In this document: piece after piece, positions 1-9,269 of the stretch
Numbering within the stretch: position 1 is the stretch's first letter
Layout: each line of letters starts with the position of its first letter
Virus record (IMG/VR): IMGVR_UViG_3300010355_000588
Origin: a virus
Taxonomy: Duplodnaviria; Caudoviricetes
Length of the DNA: 64,000 nucleotides
Reading direction: 5' to 3' (one strand)
Made by a program: the position numbers and the translations under genes
Notes under the pieces: generated by a model
What the model was told of the DNA's origin: nothing
What the model saw: the letters and a program-made list of their open reading frames with translations, nothing else
Database searches by the model: none

Positions 1-1296
1 ATCTTAGTAGTTGATGAGATGGCATTTATAAATCCAGGGATTTGTCTAGAATTCTGGTCCTCTGTATATCCGATTATCTCATCTGCCAAAGGCACTCAGG
101 TTATTCTTGTCTCTACTCCCAATGGAACCGGCAATCTATACTACGACATTTGGAATAAGGCTCAACTCGGCATATCTGAGGATGGATGGAAGGGCTTTCA
201 GTTCGACTGGTGGGATGTGCCTGGCCGTGATGAGCAATGGAAACGCCAGACCATCGAATCGCTGAACGGAGACATGACCCTCTTCAACCAAGAGTTTGGC
301 AATCTTTTTGTTGGTTCTTCCTATACGCTGATCCCTGGTAATAAGATAGAAGAACTTAAGCAAATCCGCAAGATGAACATGCGAGAACCCAAGGTCGTCC
401 AGATGAAAGAGGTAACCGAGACTAAGGTGGAGTTCGAAGTCTACGCTCCATATAAGGAATCCCACTCTTATGTGATAGGCGCTGATACTGCTGATGGCAT
501 TGGTTCTGACTTCTCCACCATCCTTGTCTTTGATGTTACCGATACAACTAATATTGAGCTTGTTCTTCGATATTGCTCGAACCAAATAACCACCACTACC
601 TTTGCTTATGTCTTGAACAAGATCGGCGTGCTATATGGATCTCCACCCTTGGCTATGGAGAACAACGGGGTTGGGCGTGGAGTAGTGGAAGCCCTATGGA
701 CCATCTACGAATATGAGAACATGGTATACTACAAATCCCAAAAAGGCATGGTGGGTATCTTCTCGCACAACGCAGTAAAGGTCGAAGCTTGCCTATGGTT
801 CAGAGAGCTCATGGACAACCAGAATATTCGTTTTACTATTCGTGATGGTAGGCTGCTGGAAGAACTGGAATACTTCGAAAAGAAGATTCCATCCCAGAAG
901 CTCATATACAAGGCCGCCGATGGAAAACACGACGACCTGGTAATGTCGATGATTTGGGCCATGTTCGTTCTACATCCACAGATTATAGAGAACTACTTCA
1001 ACGTCGTCAAATATCACAAGTCTGGCATGGGCATCAGCAAATTTCCACACTCCATATCGAAGCTCAATTCTGGTTATTATGGAGGTGAAGACTTCTATGA
1101 AACGAGAGAAAGCAACTGGGGGAATGCTGAAGCTGAAGAAATAAGGAAGAGACTTGAGCAAGCTGAGAAGAAATTCAGAGGAATGTCCAAGACTACTGGA
1201 TCGACCAATTTGGAAGACGAAGACAATTCTGATGGTATAAATAATATTGACTCAGAAGACGAAATGCCAGCTGTCTTCGTCGATGGAGATATCTAA
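1..1296 (+). CDS. terL: Terminase large subunit (T4 gp17-like), 5'-truncated by the window edge
   Basis: Frame is open from base 1 (ILVVDEMAFI, Walker B); VSTPNG coupling motif; FNQEF; RNase H-like nuclease IGADTADG...KHDDLVM. Confidence 0.95.
   Translation: MLVVDEMAFINPGICLEFWSSVYPIISSAKGTQVILVSTPNGTGNLYYDIWNKAQLGISEDGWKGFQFDWWDVPGRDEQWKRQTIESLNGDMTLFNQEFGNLFVGSSYTLIPGNKIEELKQIRKMNMREPKVVQMKEVTETKVEFEVYAPYKESHSYVIGADTADGIGSDFSTILVFDVTDTTNIELVLRYCSNQITTTTFAYVLNKIGVLYGSPPLAMENNGVGRGVVEALWTIYEYENMVYYKSQKGMVGIFSHNAVKVEACLWFRELMDNQNIRFTIRDGRLLEELEYFEKKIPSQKLIYKAADGKHDDLVMSMIWAMFVLHPQIIENYFNVVKYHKSGMGISKFPHSISKLNSGYYGGEDFYETRESNWGNAEAEEIRKRLEQAEKKFRGMSKTTGSTNLEDEDNSDGINNIDSEDEMPAVFVDGDI
1236..1243 (+). 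promoter_or_regulatory. T4-type late promoter TATAAATA
   Basis: Exact TATAAATA about 40 nt upstream of the gp3-like ATG at 1283. Confidence 0.65.
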
Positions 1297-1840
1297 AGTG
1301 AATCCAGCCATTGCTGCTATGTCTACCAATCTTGCAGTGAACAATAAGTTCATTGTGACGATTCCAGTCGACAAGCTGTTTCCTGGCGTCTATACTAAGA
1401 ACAACTTCACCTTCAATCTATTCTCCTTTGAGTTGCCTGAGATCGAATTGGGATCCGAAGAAGTTCAGTTCCATGGATCTCCATTAGATATTCCAAATGG
1501 GACCAGAAGATATACGAAAGAAATCAACTTTAGCTACATCCTATCCAGCGACTGGAACCAATATGGCTTTCTATACCGCTGGAGCTTAATGTTCGCCAAT
1601 GAATATGGATCTGGGGCTGAGGAAACGGTCTTAGAAAAGAAGACTGTACCGGTCAGATTCGTCGTGCTGAGCGAATTTAAGAACCCAATCTTCGAGGTGG
1701 TATATTATGACGCCTGGTTGAAGCGCTTAGGTGGCATCTCCATGACGTACCAGGACGATGCCCCAGTCGTCGTACATACTTTCTCGCTCAAATATACATA
1801 TTTCAAAGTAAACGATGGAATAAGCATAACCAATGGATAA
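1283..1840 (+). CDS. Tail tube terminator / tail completion protein (gp3-like)
   Basis: N..NKFIVTIP...ELPEIELG...YGFLYRW...YYDAWLKRLGGISMTYQDD...YTYFKV follows the T4 gp3 pattern; start moved to ATG 1283, downstream of the late promoter. Confidence 0.75.
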   Translation: MEISKVNPAIAAMSTNLAVNNKFIVTIPVDKLFPGVYTKNNFTFNLFSFELPEIELGSEEVQFHGSPLDIPNGTRRYTKEINFSYILSSDWNQYGFLYRWSLMFANEYGSGAEETVLEKKTVPVRFVVLSEFKNPIFEVVYYDAWLKRLGGISMTYQDDAPVVVHTFSLKYTYFKVNDGISITNG

Positions 1841-2093
1841 GATAATCTACGAAAGAATCGAGAAGCTCTTCGTTCAGCTGGATACCAGGAATCTAAACGA
1901 ATCTGAACTGACATATTACGAACTAAGGAGATTCTTGGCATATTTAATTTCTTCCAAGCCATCTCAAGCACTGCAAGACGTCCTAGTAGAACTGATAAAA
2001 CTGATAACCATGCTTGAGATAAAAGGAAAACCGGTCCCACTTTTGAGAAAGAACGTAGCATCCAGTCCACAAGTATTCGGAGGTGCCAAGTGA
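1833..2093 (+). CDS. Hypothetical protein
   Basis: 86-aa ORF overlapping both neighbours in the operon. Confidence 0.6.
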   Translation: MDKIIYERIEKLFVQLDTRNLNESELTYYELRRFLAYLISSKPSQALQDVLVELIKLITMLEIKGKPVPLLRKNVASSPQVFGGAK

Positions 2094-2575
2094 GCAACAA
2101 GTTTGACGCTACTCTATTAGACCAACTGATTGACAATACGCTATTCCAAGAAGGCGAAATAATTGAAGAAGAACCTAAAGTCACAGTAGAACCACCTAGA
2201 CCAGAAAAGAATGCTCTGGATGGATTGAACACTCTGGAGGGCGTATATACTCAGATGGCTGAGTTGGCCAAGACAGGCAATGAACTCCTTGAGACAGCCA
2301 AATATTCTCTCGAGTCTCAGCCAGACAATGCCGAAGCCATTGCCGGGGTAGCTAGTCTACTGAATTCAGTCAAGGATACCCTAAAGGAATTCTCTAAGGT
2401 ATATCTAATGAAGGTAAGGTTCGATCAGCAAAAAGAACTTGAAAATCTAAAGACAGAAAACAAGAAAAAGCTGCTCGAGCACAAGATATCAGTAGATTCA
2501 GAATCAGGATCGAACACAACTAAAGATCTGATACCATATTCGCAAGAGCAGCTGATAAAACTTCTAAATGGTTAG
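2090..2575 (+). CDS. Terminase small subunit (gp16-like)
   Basis: 161 aa with helical core (MAELAKTGNELLETAK...AIAGVASLLNSVKDTLKE) and C-terminal SQEQLIKLL, like T4-type TerS. Confidence 0.65.
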   Translation: MSNKFDATLLDQLIDNTLFQEGEIIEEEPKVTVEPPRPEKNALDGLNTLEGVYTQMAELAKTGNELLETAKYSLESQPDNAEAIAGVASLLNSVKDTLKEFSKVYLMKVRFDQQKELENLKTENKKKLLEHKISVDSESGSNTTKDLIPYSQEQLIKLLNG

Positions 2576-3129
2576 AAATCTAACCCTTCGTTTTTCTTTG
2601 TACGCCTTTTCTTAGGTTTATCTTTAATAACTGCTTCTTTAAGAGGTTCCATAATTTCATTTAGTTTAGCTGCCATTTTCTTATTCAGTTCTTCATGGTA
2701 GTTTATCGCGTTCAAATTTCTACCATTTTCAAAGTTTCCATAAGAATATAACAGCTTGACCGCTTCTCTGAAGCATCCTTCGCACATTGCTGGAAGTGCA
2801 TCTTTCAATGGATATTTGGCACCATGTTTTTCTAGTTCGACTTCTGGATTTTTATCTAAGAAAGATAACACCTCATCCATCTTCTCAATGGCTTTTACAG
2901 GATCCACCATGCCACTATCAAGCAATTCCATTTTCTTGACAAGGGCGTTAAGTTTCTTATTCATTTGCTCATCTTCATCATCACGAATATCAATGGTTAG
3001 CTTTAGATTGAGCTTTCTTCCATTATATGGTGAGTCAACCTGTAGTTGTAACGCCTTAGAATCAGTGATGAGAGGATTGCCCGTCTCCATCACTTTTCCA
3101 CACATGTTGCAGATTTTTTGAAGACTCAT
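2572..3129 (-). CDS. Hypothetical protein with a split Zn-ribbon (CxxC...CxxC)
   Basis: CNMC near the N-terminus and CEGC later. Confidence 0.6.
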   Translation of the reverse strand: MSLQKICNMCGKVMETGNPLITDSKALQLQVDSPYNGRKLNLKLTIDIRDDEDEQMNKKLNALVKKMELLDSGMVDPVKAIEKMDEVLSFLDKNPEVELEKHGAKYPLKDALPAMCEGCFREAVKLLYSYGNFENGRNLNAINYHEELNKKMAAKLNEIMEPLKEAVIKDKPKKRRTKKNEGLDF

Positions 3130-3153
3130 GGCAATATTCCTTTCGTTGTATGA

Positions 3154-3927
3154 TTATTTATCTAGAACCTGAGTCTTCAGAAGGCCCCTGATTTCTTGAA
3201 CATATTTCGAGATTTCTTCCCGATTTACCTTATATTTCTTGGAAATGGTGGCAACAGGCAAACCATCTACATGGGCACGGAATACTGCCACTTTGCGTTT
3301 TCCACCGACTTTAGATTCTAGACCACTAAGAACATTATCGATTTTGGAGAAGATTTCTTTATAATAGATCTTGTCTTGGGTGTCTTCAGCTGAGTGTTCG
3401 AGCTGAAGCAAATCGCCAAAGGTGGTAGATGAGTCTTCAGAACTGACTGGAGTTTCCATAGACGTAACGGTGAACATGTTGCTCAGGGTAGTCTTGGCAC
3501 AGCGTTCTCCGAGCTTCGAGTGTTTGGCAAGCTCGTCATTGGAGGGGGTATATCCATGTTGTTCAATCCATGCATTCTTTTCTTCGTTGAGCGTCCGGAT
3601 CTTTTCATATTGGTTGACCGGAAGACGGACAGTGCTGCGATGGTTCTTGATGTAGCGTTGGATACGGCCCATGACATTGTAACGAGCGATAGTGATGAAC
3701 TTATGGCCGAGACTTGGATCGAATTGTTCGGCAGCCATTGTAAGTCCAAGAAGACCTTCTTGAAGCAGATCCTCGAATTCAGCGACGCCATAAGATCCAG
3801 CATATTTCCGAACCATCATCATAGCGAACTTCATGTTGTGTTCCACTAGTTCGTCACGAGTGGCCACCTTTTCTTGTTCACGGGTAAGCGGCGCCTTATA
3901 CTTTGTACTAGACAGATTGAAACTCAT
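3154..3927 (-). CDS. Sigma-70 family RNA polymerase sigma factor
   Basis: Region 2 (LVEHNMKFA...EDLLQEGLLGLTMAAEQFDPSLGHKFITIA), VRLP, region 3 (GYTPSNDELA, SMETPV), C-terminal HTH. Confidence 0.9.
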   Translation of the reverse strand: MSFNLSSTKYKAPLTREQEKVATRDELVEHNMKFAMMMVRKYAGSYGVAEFEDLLQEGLLGLTMAAEQFDPSLGHKFITIARYNVMGRIQRYIKNHRSTVRLPVNQYEKIRTLNEEKNAWIEQHGYTPSNDELAKHSKLGERCAKTTLSNMFTVTSMETPVSSEDSSTTFGDLLQLEHSAEDTQDKIYYKEIFSKIDNVLSGLESKVGGKRKVAVFRAHVDGLPVATISKKYKVNREEISKYVQEIRGLLKTQVLDK

Positions 3928-3942
3928 ATTGGTACTCCTTAA

Positions 3943-4146
3943 TTAGCAGTTTTCTTTAACGTAGGTGAGAATTTCTTCAAGGCGCTCGTTTTCCAGACGG
4001 CGCTCATGAATACGTTTTTCGAGCTTTTCTTTCCTTGGACCAGCATAATCGGTGTTGTTTGAGATTTCTTTGTCCAGAATATAGTCATTCTTGCTGATTC
4101 GAGTCATCAGGTGTTCGAGCAACATGTCTTTGATTCGTGAGTCCAT
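3943..4146 (-). CDS. Small early hypothetical protein
   Basis: ORF with AGGAG RBS, in an early operon. Confidence 0.6.
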   Translation of the reverse strand: MDSRIKDMLLEHLMTRISKNDYILDKEISNNTDYAGPRKEKLEKRIHERRLENERLEEILTYVKENC

Positions 4147-4163
4147 TGGTGTCTCCTTTGGTT

Positions 4164-4379
4164 TCAGCCTTCGAGCAAGTCGAAGAGGTAGTCGGGTTCG
4201 AGTCCGAAGTGGTCAGCGAGAATAGCTTCTGCCTGTTCGTAACCGTCATAGACATCGCCATTTCCGTCGTTCAGAATAGCATTGAGATCTTCACGTGCAA
4301 TGTCGAATGCTTCATTAGCAGCTTCGAGCGACATTCCATCACGTTCCATTAACACTTCAATAATAGAGTTTAAGCGCAT
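4164..4379 (-). CDS. Small acidic early protein
   Basis: AGGAG RBS; LMERDG...FGLEPDY pattern seen in phage proteins. Confidence 0.65.
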   Translation of the reverse strand: MRLNSIIEVLMERDGMSLEAANEAFDIAREDLNAILNDGNGDVYDGYEQAEAILADHFGLEPDYLFDLLEG

Positions 4380-4403
4380 CGTCTGGATCTCCTTATATTA
4401 GTT

Positions 4404-4637
4404 TTAGTCGTTGAGAATATAGATCATTTCGGTTGGAATGGCGGATCGATGAGGCATTGAGAAAAAGAAACCCGCATCGTTGCGTTCGATATGTAGATGA
4501 CCACACACCGGACATTCGTACAGATCGGCAGAATACGCCCAATCTGGATTTTCATTAGGTTGTACGTAAATACCATTCTTCTTACAGCGATAATGAACGA
4601 GACACTTTCCACAAACATGTTCGAGTTTCATTGTCAA
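4404..4637 (-). CDS. Small Zn-ribbon protein
   Basis: CGKC...ADLYECPVCG; directly downstream of an early promoter. Confidence 0.65.
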   Translation of the reverse strand: MTMKLEHVCGKCLVHYRCKKNGIYVQPNENPDWAYSADLYECPVCGHLHIERNDAGFFFSMPHRSAIPTEMIYILND

Positions 4638-4670
4638 TCTCCTTTAGTTGTTTAGCACGTTTAGCATTTT

Positions 4671-4710
4671 CAGTATAGTATATAGTACAACAAGTATTCG
4701 GTTTTGTCAA
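4671..4710 (-). promoter_or_regulatory. Early sigma70-type promoter, repeated element
   Basis: TTGACA-N17-TACTAT-ATACTATACTG on the minus strand; about 13 copies in the window. Confidence 0.8.
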
Positions 4711-4738
4711 TAGGTTATTGAAAAATTATCGAAAACCT

Positions 4739-4936
4739 TTATTTGGTGAGGTGAGCGCCGAGGTTGATTCCAGCGATAGCTTTTCCATCGACGTTGAAGA
4801 AAGCGACGATTCCAGGTTCGTCGTCAAAGACGTTGAGTTCGGCATGCTTCTTGAGGAGTTCTTTGAGATCGCTGAGAAAGCTATCAATGATTTGTTTTTG
4901 CTGTTCGACGGTGGTGACAGTGGTGAAAGTGTTCAT
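4739..4936 (-). CDS. Small early hypothetical protein
   Basis: AGGAG RBS; lies between two early promoters. Confidence 0.6.
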   Translation of the reverse strand: MNTFTTVTTVEQQKQIIDSFLSDLKELLKKHAELNVFDDEPGIVAFFNVDGKAIAGINLGAHLTK

Positions 4937-4967
4937 GATTATCTCTCCTTATTTCATTTACGTATTT

Positions 4968-5012
4968 TGGTATAGTATACAGTACAATGAAAAGGGCGGT
5001 TTGTCAACCGCC
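4968..5012 (-). promoter_or_regulatory. Early promoter with an inverted repeat over the -35
   Basis: TTGACA...TACTGTATACTATAC; GGGCGGTT-tgtc-AACCGCCC palindrome. Confidence 0.7.
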
Positions 5013-5051
5013 CCAGAGGAAAAAATCAAATATATTTTGAACAGAAGAAAT

Positions 5052-5390
5052 TTACTTCATCTTACCTTCTGCTTCCGCCTCTTTTTCCATTTTATCCAAT
5101 CTTGTGTAGTAATCCGGGATCTCAGCAAGATGATCCATGGCGATCTTCTTAGCCAGTGCTTCTTCTAACTGAGGGTTTACTCCCTTAGTAACGTGTTCCA
5201 TCTCGACACGGATTCCCATAGCTAACTCTTTTGGATCTACGTTTATTGGTTCGGCGGCTTCGTTCGATAGTCCGCCTTGTACCAACACTTTGAATATGTC
5301 GTTCACTCCAGGTATAGTAGAAGAAGTTGTCATCACTTCATATGGATGAGCCATCTCGAGTAGCTTGCTGATTCGTTTTTCAAATTTCAT
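5052..5390 (-). CDS. DUF5661-like protein with a putative capsid-targeting N-terminus
   Basis: ELAMGIRVEMEH...IAMDHLAEIPDYYTRL motif; begins MKFEKRISKLLE. Confidence 0.7.
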   Translation of the reverse strand: MKFEKRISKLLEMAHPYEVMTTSSTIPGVNDIFKVLVQGGLSNEAAEPINVDPKELAMGIRVEMEHVTKGVNPQLEEALAKKIAMDHLAEIPDYYTRLDKMEKEAEAEGKMK

Positions 5391-5425
5391 GGAAGTATCC
5401 TTTAAATATTGCCTTTAGCATATGA

Positions 5426-5908
5426 TTATTTATCTGCGGACATCTTAGGCACGCCAGCTGGAAATATTTCTTTCTCAGTGAGTATGATGAATTTAGCACC
5501 TTTAGCTTCAGCGAACTTGGAGGCAGCATTCCACTTGGCGGTATTTCTAATGTACGTCATTGCTTCTTCGTAGTACCGTTTGTCTGACTTTCTCCCCTTA
5601 ACCGGCATTATGGTCTCTTTGTGGGGTTTGACTTCGCAGTATATCTTGCTGATCTTTCCAGTCTTGTCCTTTACAGTAAAGGACAGATCGATAAAATATC
5701 TATGGGTGGTTCCGGCGCGCGATGGATCCACATATTCTACCACTGTCGATTCCGATCCCCATTGGAGGATGGCGGGATTAAGGTCCATATATCTAAAGCA
5801 TTGCAATTCCCAGGCCGAGCGGAAATAAATTTTTTGTAAGCACCCTATATACTTTTCCTTATTTCTAGGAACGAACTTGCCCTGCTTATAGCCATAACCC
5901 TTTTTCAT
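5426..5908 (-). CDS. Head completion nuclease (gp4-like, TnsA-type PD-(D/E)xK)
   Basis: YKQGKFVPRNKEKY, FRSAWE, WGSE, HRYFID, EVKP, NTAKW, FIILTE. Confidence 0.9.
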   Translation of the reverse strand: MKKGYGYKQGKFVPRNKEKYIGCLQKIYFRSAWELQCFRYMDLNPAILQWGSESTVVEYVDPSRAGTTHRYFIDLSFTVKDKTGKISKIYCEVKPHKETIMPVKGRKSDKRYYEEAMTYIRNTAKWNAASKFAEAKGAKFIILTEKEIFPAGVPKMSADK

Positions 5909-6977
5909 AATCTTCCAGAAGTTGTTCTTTTGTTATCCAGCATTTAGCTCGCTTTTTGATATTAACTGAACATTCTAACATCTGTAAATTAGCAACTGAC
6001 GCTATAATTTCAGCTGGTATCTTCTGCTTAAATCCTTCAGCAATAGAAAAAATATGATCTAGATGATAACTATTTATTCTTCTATACAGATGGTTTGGGT
6101 TAATAATGTGTTTGTATTTCTCATAATTTATTTCAGTTAACATACTAACTTGTTTATAGTAATCATATCTTTCTATATCTTCTTGAGTTAGCTCTTTAAA
6201 TGGCTTTCTCTTTTTTAGCCAAGTTAATTTCTTTTTCTGATAAATTTTGTCTCTTTCTTTATCCTCAATATTTTCCCACCAATTTTGGCATTTTGTGTGT
6301 AATTTTTTAATAAATTCTTCCTTTTCAACTGGATTTAGTTTGTTCATCCAACTAAATTTATTGCTTCTTTCTTCTTTTGACATTTTTCCTATTTGTTCAT
6401 TTATCGTATTTTTTGATTTTGTGAATATTTCGCTTTTCTCTTCATCAGTTCTGTTCTTCCATACTTCAGTCTGGCCGTTTTTGGTTTTTTCTATAAATGC
6501 TGAATATCTATCTTCGTCGTGTTTTAATGTTTTTCTGAAATCAGCAGCTGCACATGATCTACACCTAAAGGTATCTTGCTTCTTGATATACTTGGCCTCT
6601 TCAGAAGATATGATATTGAAGGTCTTCTCTTTTTTGCAGTCTATACAATGCAACGTTATATCTATTCTAGGCAACATTTTAGCCTGGCTTCTACATTTGT
6701 TGGAACAGGTATCTGAATAACCAACTGTCAGACTAAAATACTTTCTATTCTTCTTCTGGCATATTGGACACTTTTTGTATTCTATGGCTACGTCATTTAA
6801 AAAGCAGTATAGACGTTCGCTATATGAAATATCTCCGAACTGTTCAGTGCTTTTTATTATATAGTTGAAAATAGCAGGGTGTTTGGATTTAGTAAAATTC
6901 TTAAATCCTTGGGTGTTGAAATTCATTTTCTCGAGAGTGGTTCTTACGAAATTTTTGAGAACTTCTTTGCGTAGCAT
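5886..6977 (-). CDS. Putative HNH homing endonuclease
   Basis: AT-rich; CxxC Zn motifs; C-terminal YHLDHIFSI...NLQMLECSVNIKK; has its own late promoter. Confidence 0.7.
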   Translation of the reverse strand: MLRKEVLKNFVRTTLEKMNFNTQGFKNFTKSKHPAIFNYIIKSTEQFGDISYSERLYCFLNDVAIEYKKCPICQKKNRKYFSLTVGYSDTCSNKCRSQAKMLPRIDITLHCIDCKKEKTFNIISSEEAKYIKKQDTFRCRSCAAADFRKTLKHDEDRYSAFIEKTKNGQTEVWKNRTDEEKSEIFTKSKNTINEQIGKMSKEERSNKFSWMNKLNPVEKEEFIKKLHTKCQNWWENIEDKERDKIYQKKKLTWLKKRKPFKELTQEDIERYDYYKQVSMLTEINYEKYKHIINPNHLYRRINSYHLDHIFSIAEGFKQKIPAEIIASVANLQMLECSVNIKKRAKCWITKEQLLEDYEKGLWL

Positions 6978-7006
6978 GATGGTATTCTTTCTTATGTGGT
7001 TGAAAG

Positions 7007-7014
7007 TATTTATA
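7007..7014 (-). promoter_or_regulatory. T4-type late promoter TATAAATA
   Basis: Exact motif 30 nt upstream of the HNH gene. Confidence 0.65.
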
Positions 7015-7024
7015 TAAGAAAGAT

Positions 7025-7050
7025 AAAAAAGGGAAGCATTGCGCTTCCCT
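7025..7050 (-). terminator. Intrinsic terminator
   Basis: AGGGAAGC-gcaat-GCTTCCCT followed by a T-run. Confidence 0.8.
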
Positions 7051-7085
7051 ACTTCCGAATTACCACATAAGGAAGATAATATTAT

Positions 7086-7430
7086 TTATTTCTTAGCTCC
7101 AATCAGTTCATCGCGAAGTATCTTGCCTAGCCTTTCGTTTTTGTTCTTGACGTCGGCTTTGGTAAAGGAGGTAGAATGTTTCTGGTTGAGATATTTTAGG
7201 GTAGCTTCGATTTCCTTGTCGTCGATGTCTGGATCTTTACTAACTGCTCTGGTAAGAAAACTTGCAGTAGAAGAAAATGCTTGATCCTTATATCTAGCCA
7301 TCGGCTCGCCCATGAGAGCAGCAAGAATTAGAATATTAGACAAAAAGTTACTTAGCTTTCCCTCTTCTAATTCGACAGTTTGGGCAGGTTCGCTTTCTAG
7401 AAGGCTTCTTACTTTTTGTTCGAACTTCAT
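7086..7430 (-). CDS. Putative internal head protein (MKF...LLE family)
   Basis: Probable start ATG 7430, MKFEQKVRSLLESE, with AAGGA RBS. Confidence 0.65.
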   Translation of the reverse strand: MKFEQKVRSLLESEPAQTVELEEGKLSNFLSNILILAALMGEPMARYKDQAFSSTASFLTRAVSKDPDIDDKEIEATLKYLNQKHSTSFTKADVKNKNERLGKILRDELIGAKK

Positions 7431-7440
7431 CTGGTGTTTC

Positions 7441-7560
7441 CTTAGCTTCCATATTCTAGCGTTCTCTGATTGTCTGGTGCCATATTCAGGCATTTGTCTT
7501 CATGTCGTCATGGAAACAATTATGGAACGTCTCTCTTATTTGTTTTTCTTCAAATTTCAT
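7441..7560 (-). pseudogene. Remnant of an MKF-family gene
   Basis: Starts MKFEEK, stops after 24 codons; another frame ends at the next gene's RBS. Confidence 0.4.
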
Positions 7561-7564
7561 CTTA

Positions 7565-7819
7565 TCAGCCTCTATTTAGTTCTCGTTTTTCGTCAACAAG
7601 TTCCACATATTGCTGTTGCAAATCGTTTATGTTCCATTCTAAGTCATAATTTTCTTTCTTGATCTTTTCAGTATAAGATGCTAAAGCCTTCTGATTGTCT
7701 TCCAACTTTTTCTTAGACTTTCCTATGTCTTTAGATATCTTATCTATTTTTGCTTGAATCTGTTTCAAGTCTGACTGTTTGTCTTCAAGCAACTTGTCGA
7801 TTTTTGTCTTGAACTTCAT
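7565..7819 (-). CDS. Putative internal head protein, coiled coil
   Basis: MKFKTKIDKLLED start. Confidence 0.65.
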   Translation of the reverse strand: MKFKTKIDKLLEDKQSDLKQIQAKIDKISKDIGKSKKKLEDNQKALASYTEKIKKENYDLEWNINDLQQQYVELVDEKRELNRG

Positions 7820-7830
7820 TTTATTATCCT

Positions 7831-8265
7831 TTATGGAAGCAAATAAAATGTATCTTTTCCACGCATCTTGGTCTCAGTAGCAGCCGCCTTCAGAGCATCC
7901 TTATATTTGCCACGATATTGGAATGCTTGGTCGTCCTTGTAGCTCTCTCCCGAGCGCAGGTACCCGATATGGAACATGAAATATCCTGTTGCAGTTGCCG
8001 CAAATTTTGGTTTCTTCCCATGGACAGCTTCATACTTGATGGTGTCATAAGTTACTCCATCGATCTTTGATTCTGATTCCAACAATTCTTGAATTTTTTC
8101 TTCGAACTTCATAATATTTCCTTCTGGTAGTTTGTCATAATCCACCCCATCTATCCATTCCTTATCCCATACCCACTTCCATTCGGCGGGAGTGGCTGCC
8201 TTTGTCTCATATTGAGAACGCTTGGCCTGAATCAGTTTGAACTGTTTTTTAGATTTAGCAGGCAT
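7831..8265 (-). CDS. MPAKSKKQ (DUF3008-like) peptide fused in frame to an MKF-family protein
   Basis: Internal MKFEEKIQELLESE at ATG 8112; C-terminal half resembles 8566-8823. Confidence 0.6.
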   Translation of the reverse strand: MPAKSKKQFKLIQAKRSQYETKAATPAEWKWVWDKEWIDGVDYDKLPEGNIMKFEEKIQELLESESKIDGVTYDTIKYEAVHGKKPKFAATATGYFMFHIGYLRSGESYKDDQAFQYRGKYKDALKAAATETKMRGKDTFYLLP

Positions 8266-8555
8266 TAAGCAAGCATATCTCCAAATCCATAACCAAGATC
8301 TATATTGAATTTGTTGGACGCCAAAGTTTCGGCAACTTTCGTCTATTCTGCTTCCTTCTTATCTAAACGATTTCTCAAATTCGTCGCGTCGACTTCGATA
8401 TTGTAGAGTTTGATAAGCAAGTCTCTTAACGCTTTAGGAGTATTTGTATCTTTCATCAGCGCTGGCACGTCATTGCCATATAATGGACCTGGATTATCTA
8501 GATAATTTTGGTATGCTGATTCTTCCAGTTCTTTGATCTTTTCGTTAAATTTCAT
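8265..8555 (-). CDS. Putative internal head protein with an in-frame TAG at 8343-8345
   Basis: MKFNEKIKELEES start; the frame continues 25 codons past TAG to a TAA that overlaps the next ATG (TAATG). Confidence 0.55.
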
Positions 8556-8565
8556 GTCAGCGCCT

Positions 8566-8823
8566 TTATGGTTTTACATAGCTTAGTTCTTTTTCGCCAG
8601 CCTTCTTTGCTTTCTCAATGGCCTTCTTCTTGGCGTCCTTATAGGAACCCTCATATTGGAAAATCTTGTCAAGATATTTGGAATCCTTAGGACCCGAATG
8701 GGTTCCAATCAAGAATGAGAATATTCCGTTATCAGTGTCCTTCGGTTCGTCTTTTGCTTTGAAATATGGATTCGATGCCTCATCCAATAGCTGACTGACA
8801 TATTCTATGAATCTATGTTTCAT
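8566..8823 (-). CDS. Putative internal head protein
   Basis: MKHRFIEYVSQLLDEA; FQYEGSYKDAKKKA is paralogous to 7831-8112. Confidence 0.65.
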   Translation of the reverse strand: MKHRFIEYVSQLLDEASNPYFKAKDEPKDTDNGIFSFLIGTHSGPKDSKYLDKIFQYEGSYKDAKKKAIEKAKKAGEKELSYVKP

Positions 8824-9152
8824 TCGAATATCTCCGATGCTTTTCCAACAAGCTTATTGTCAACATATACGTTATAGTCAATTTTGCGAGATGGGTTCAG
8901 ATCCCGCACCCTCTTGTAAGTCTCTTCAGCAGCATCGATATTGAGCATGGGCTTCTTGGCATCGTGCATTTTGCTTTCGGTTCCATCGTTCTTGAGAGAT
9001 ATGAGCATTACTGGTTTTTTGTCCTGCCGATATTTTGCCAGATCGCTAAAGGCGTGTTTCCAGCCTTTGATAGCTTCTCCCATGGAAGTCTCCTCTGATT
9101 TGCCAAAGGTCGTTGTTCCTAACAACGCTTCAGCAAGTTGGTTGAATTTCAT
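8820..9152 (-). CDS. Putative internal head protein
   Basis: MKFNQLAEALL start; ATGA coupling to the next gene. Confidence 0.6.
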   Translation of the reverse strand: MKFNQLAEALLGTTTFGKSEETSMGEAIKGWKHAFSDLAKYRQDKKPVMLISLKNDGTESKMHDAKKPMLNIDAAEETYKRVRDLNPSRKIDYNVYVDNKLVGKASEIFE

Positions 9153-9269
9153 AGCAATCCTTTATCATATTTGTTAGATTTGTTAAATTTGTTATTCATT
9201 ATTTTTGCCTATAGTTACTATATAACAAGATTGGGATTTGTCAATAAAGCTATAGACAAAAATACCAAC

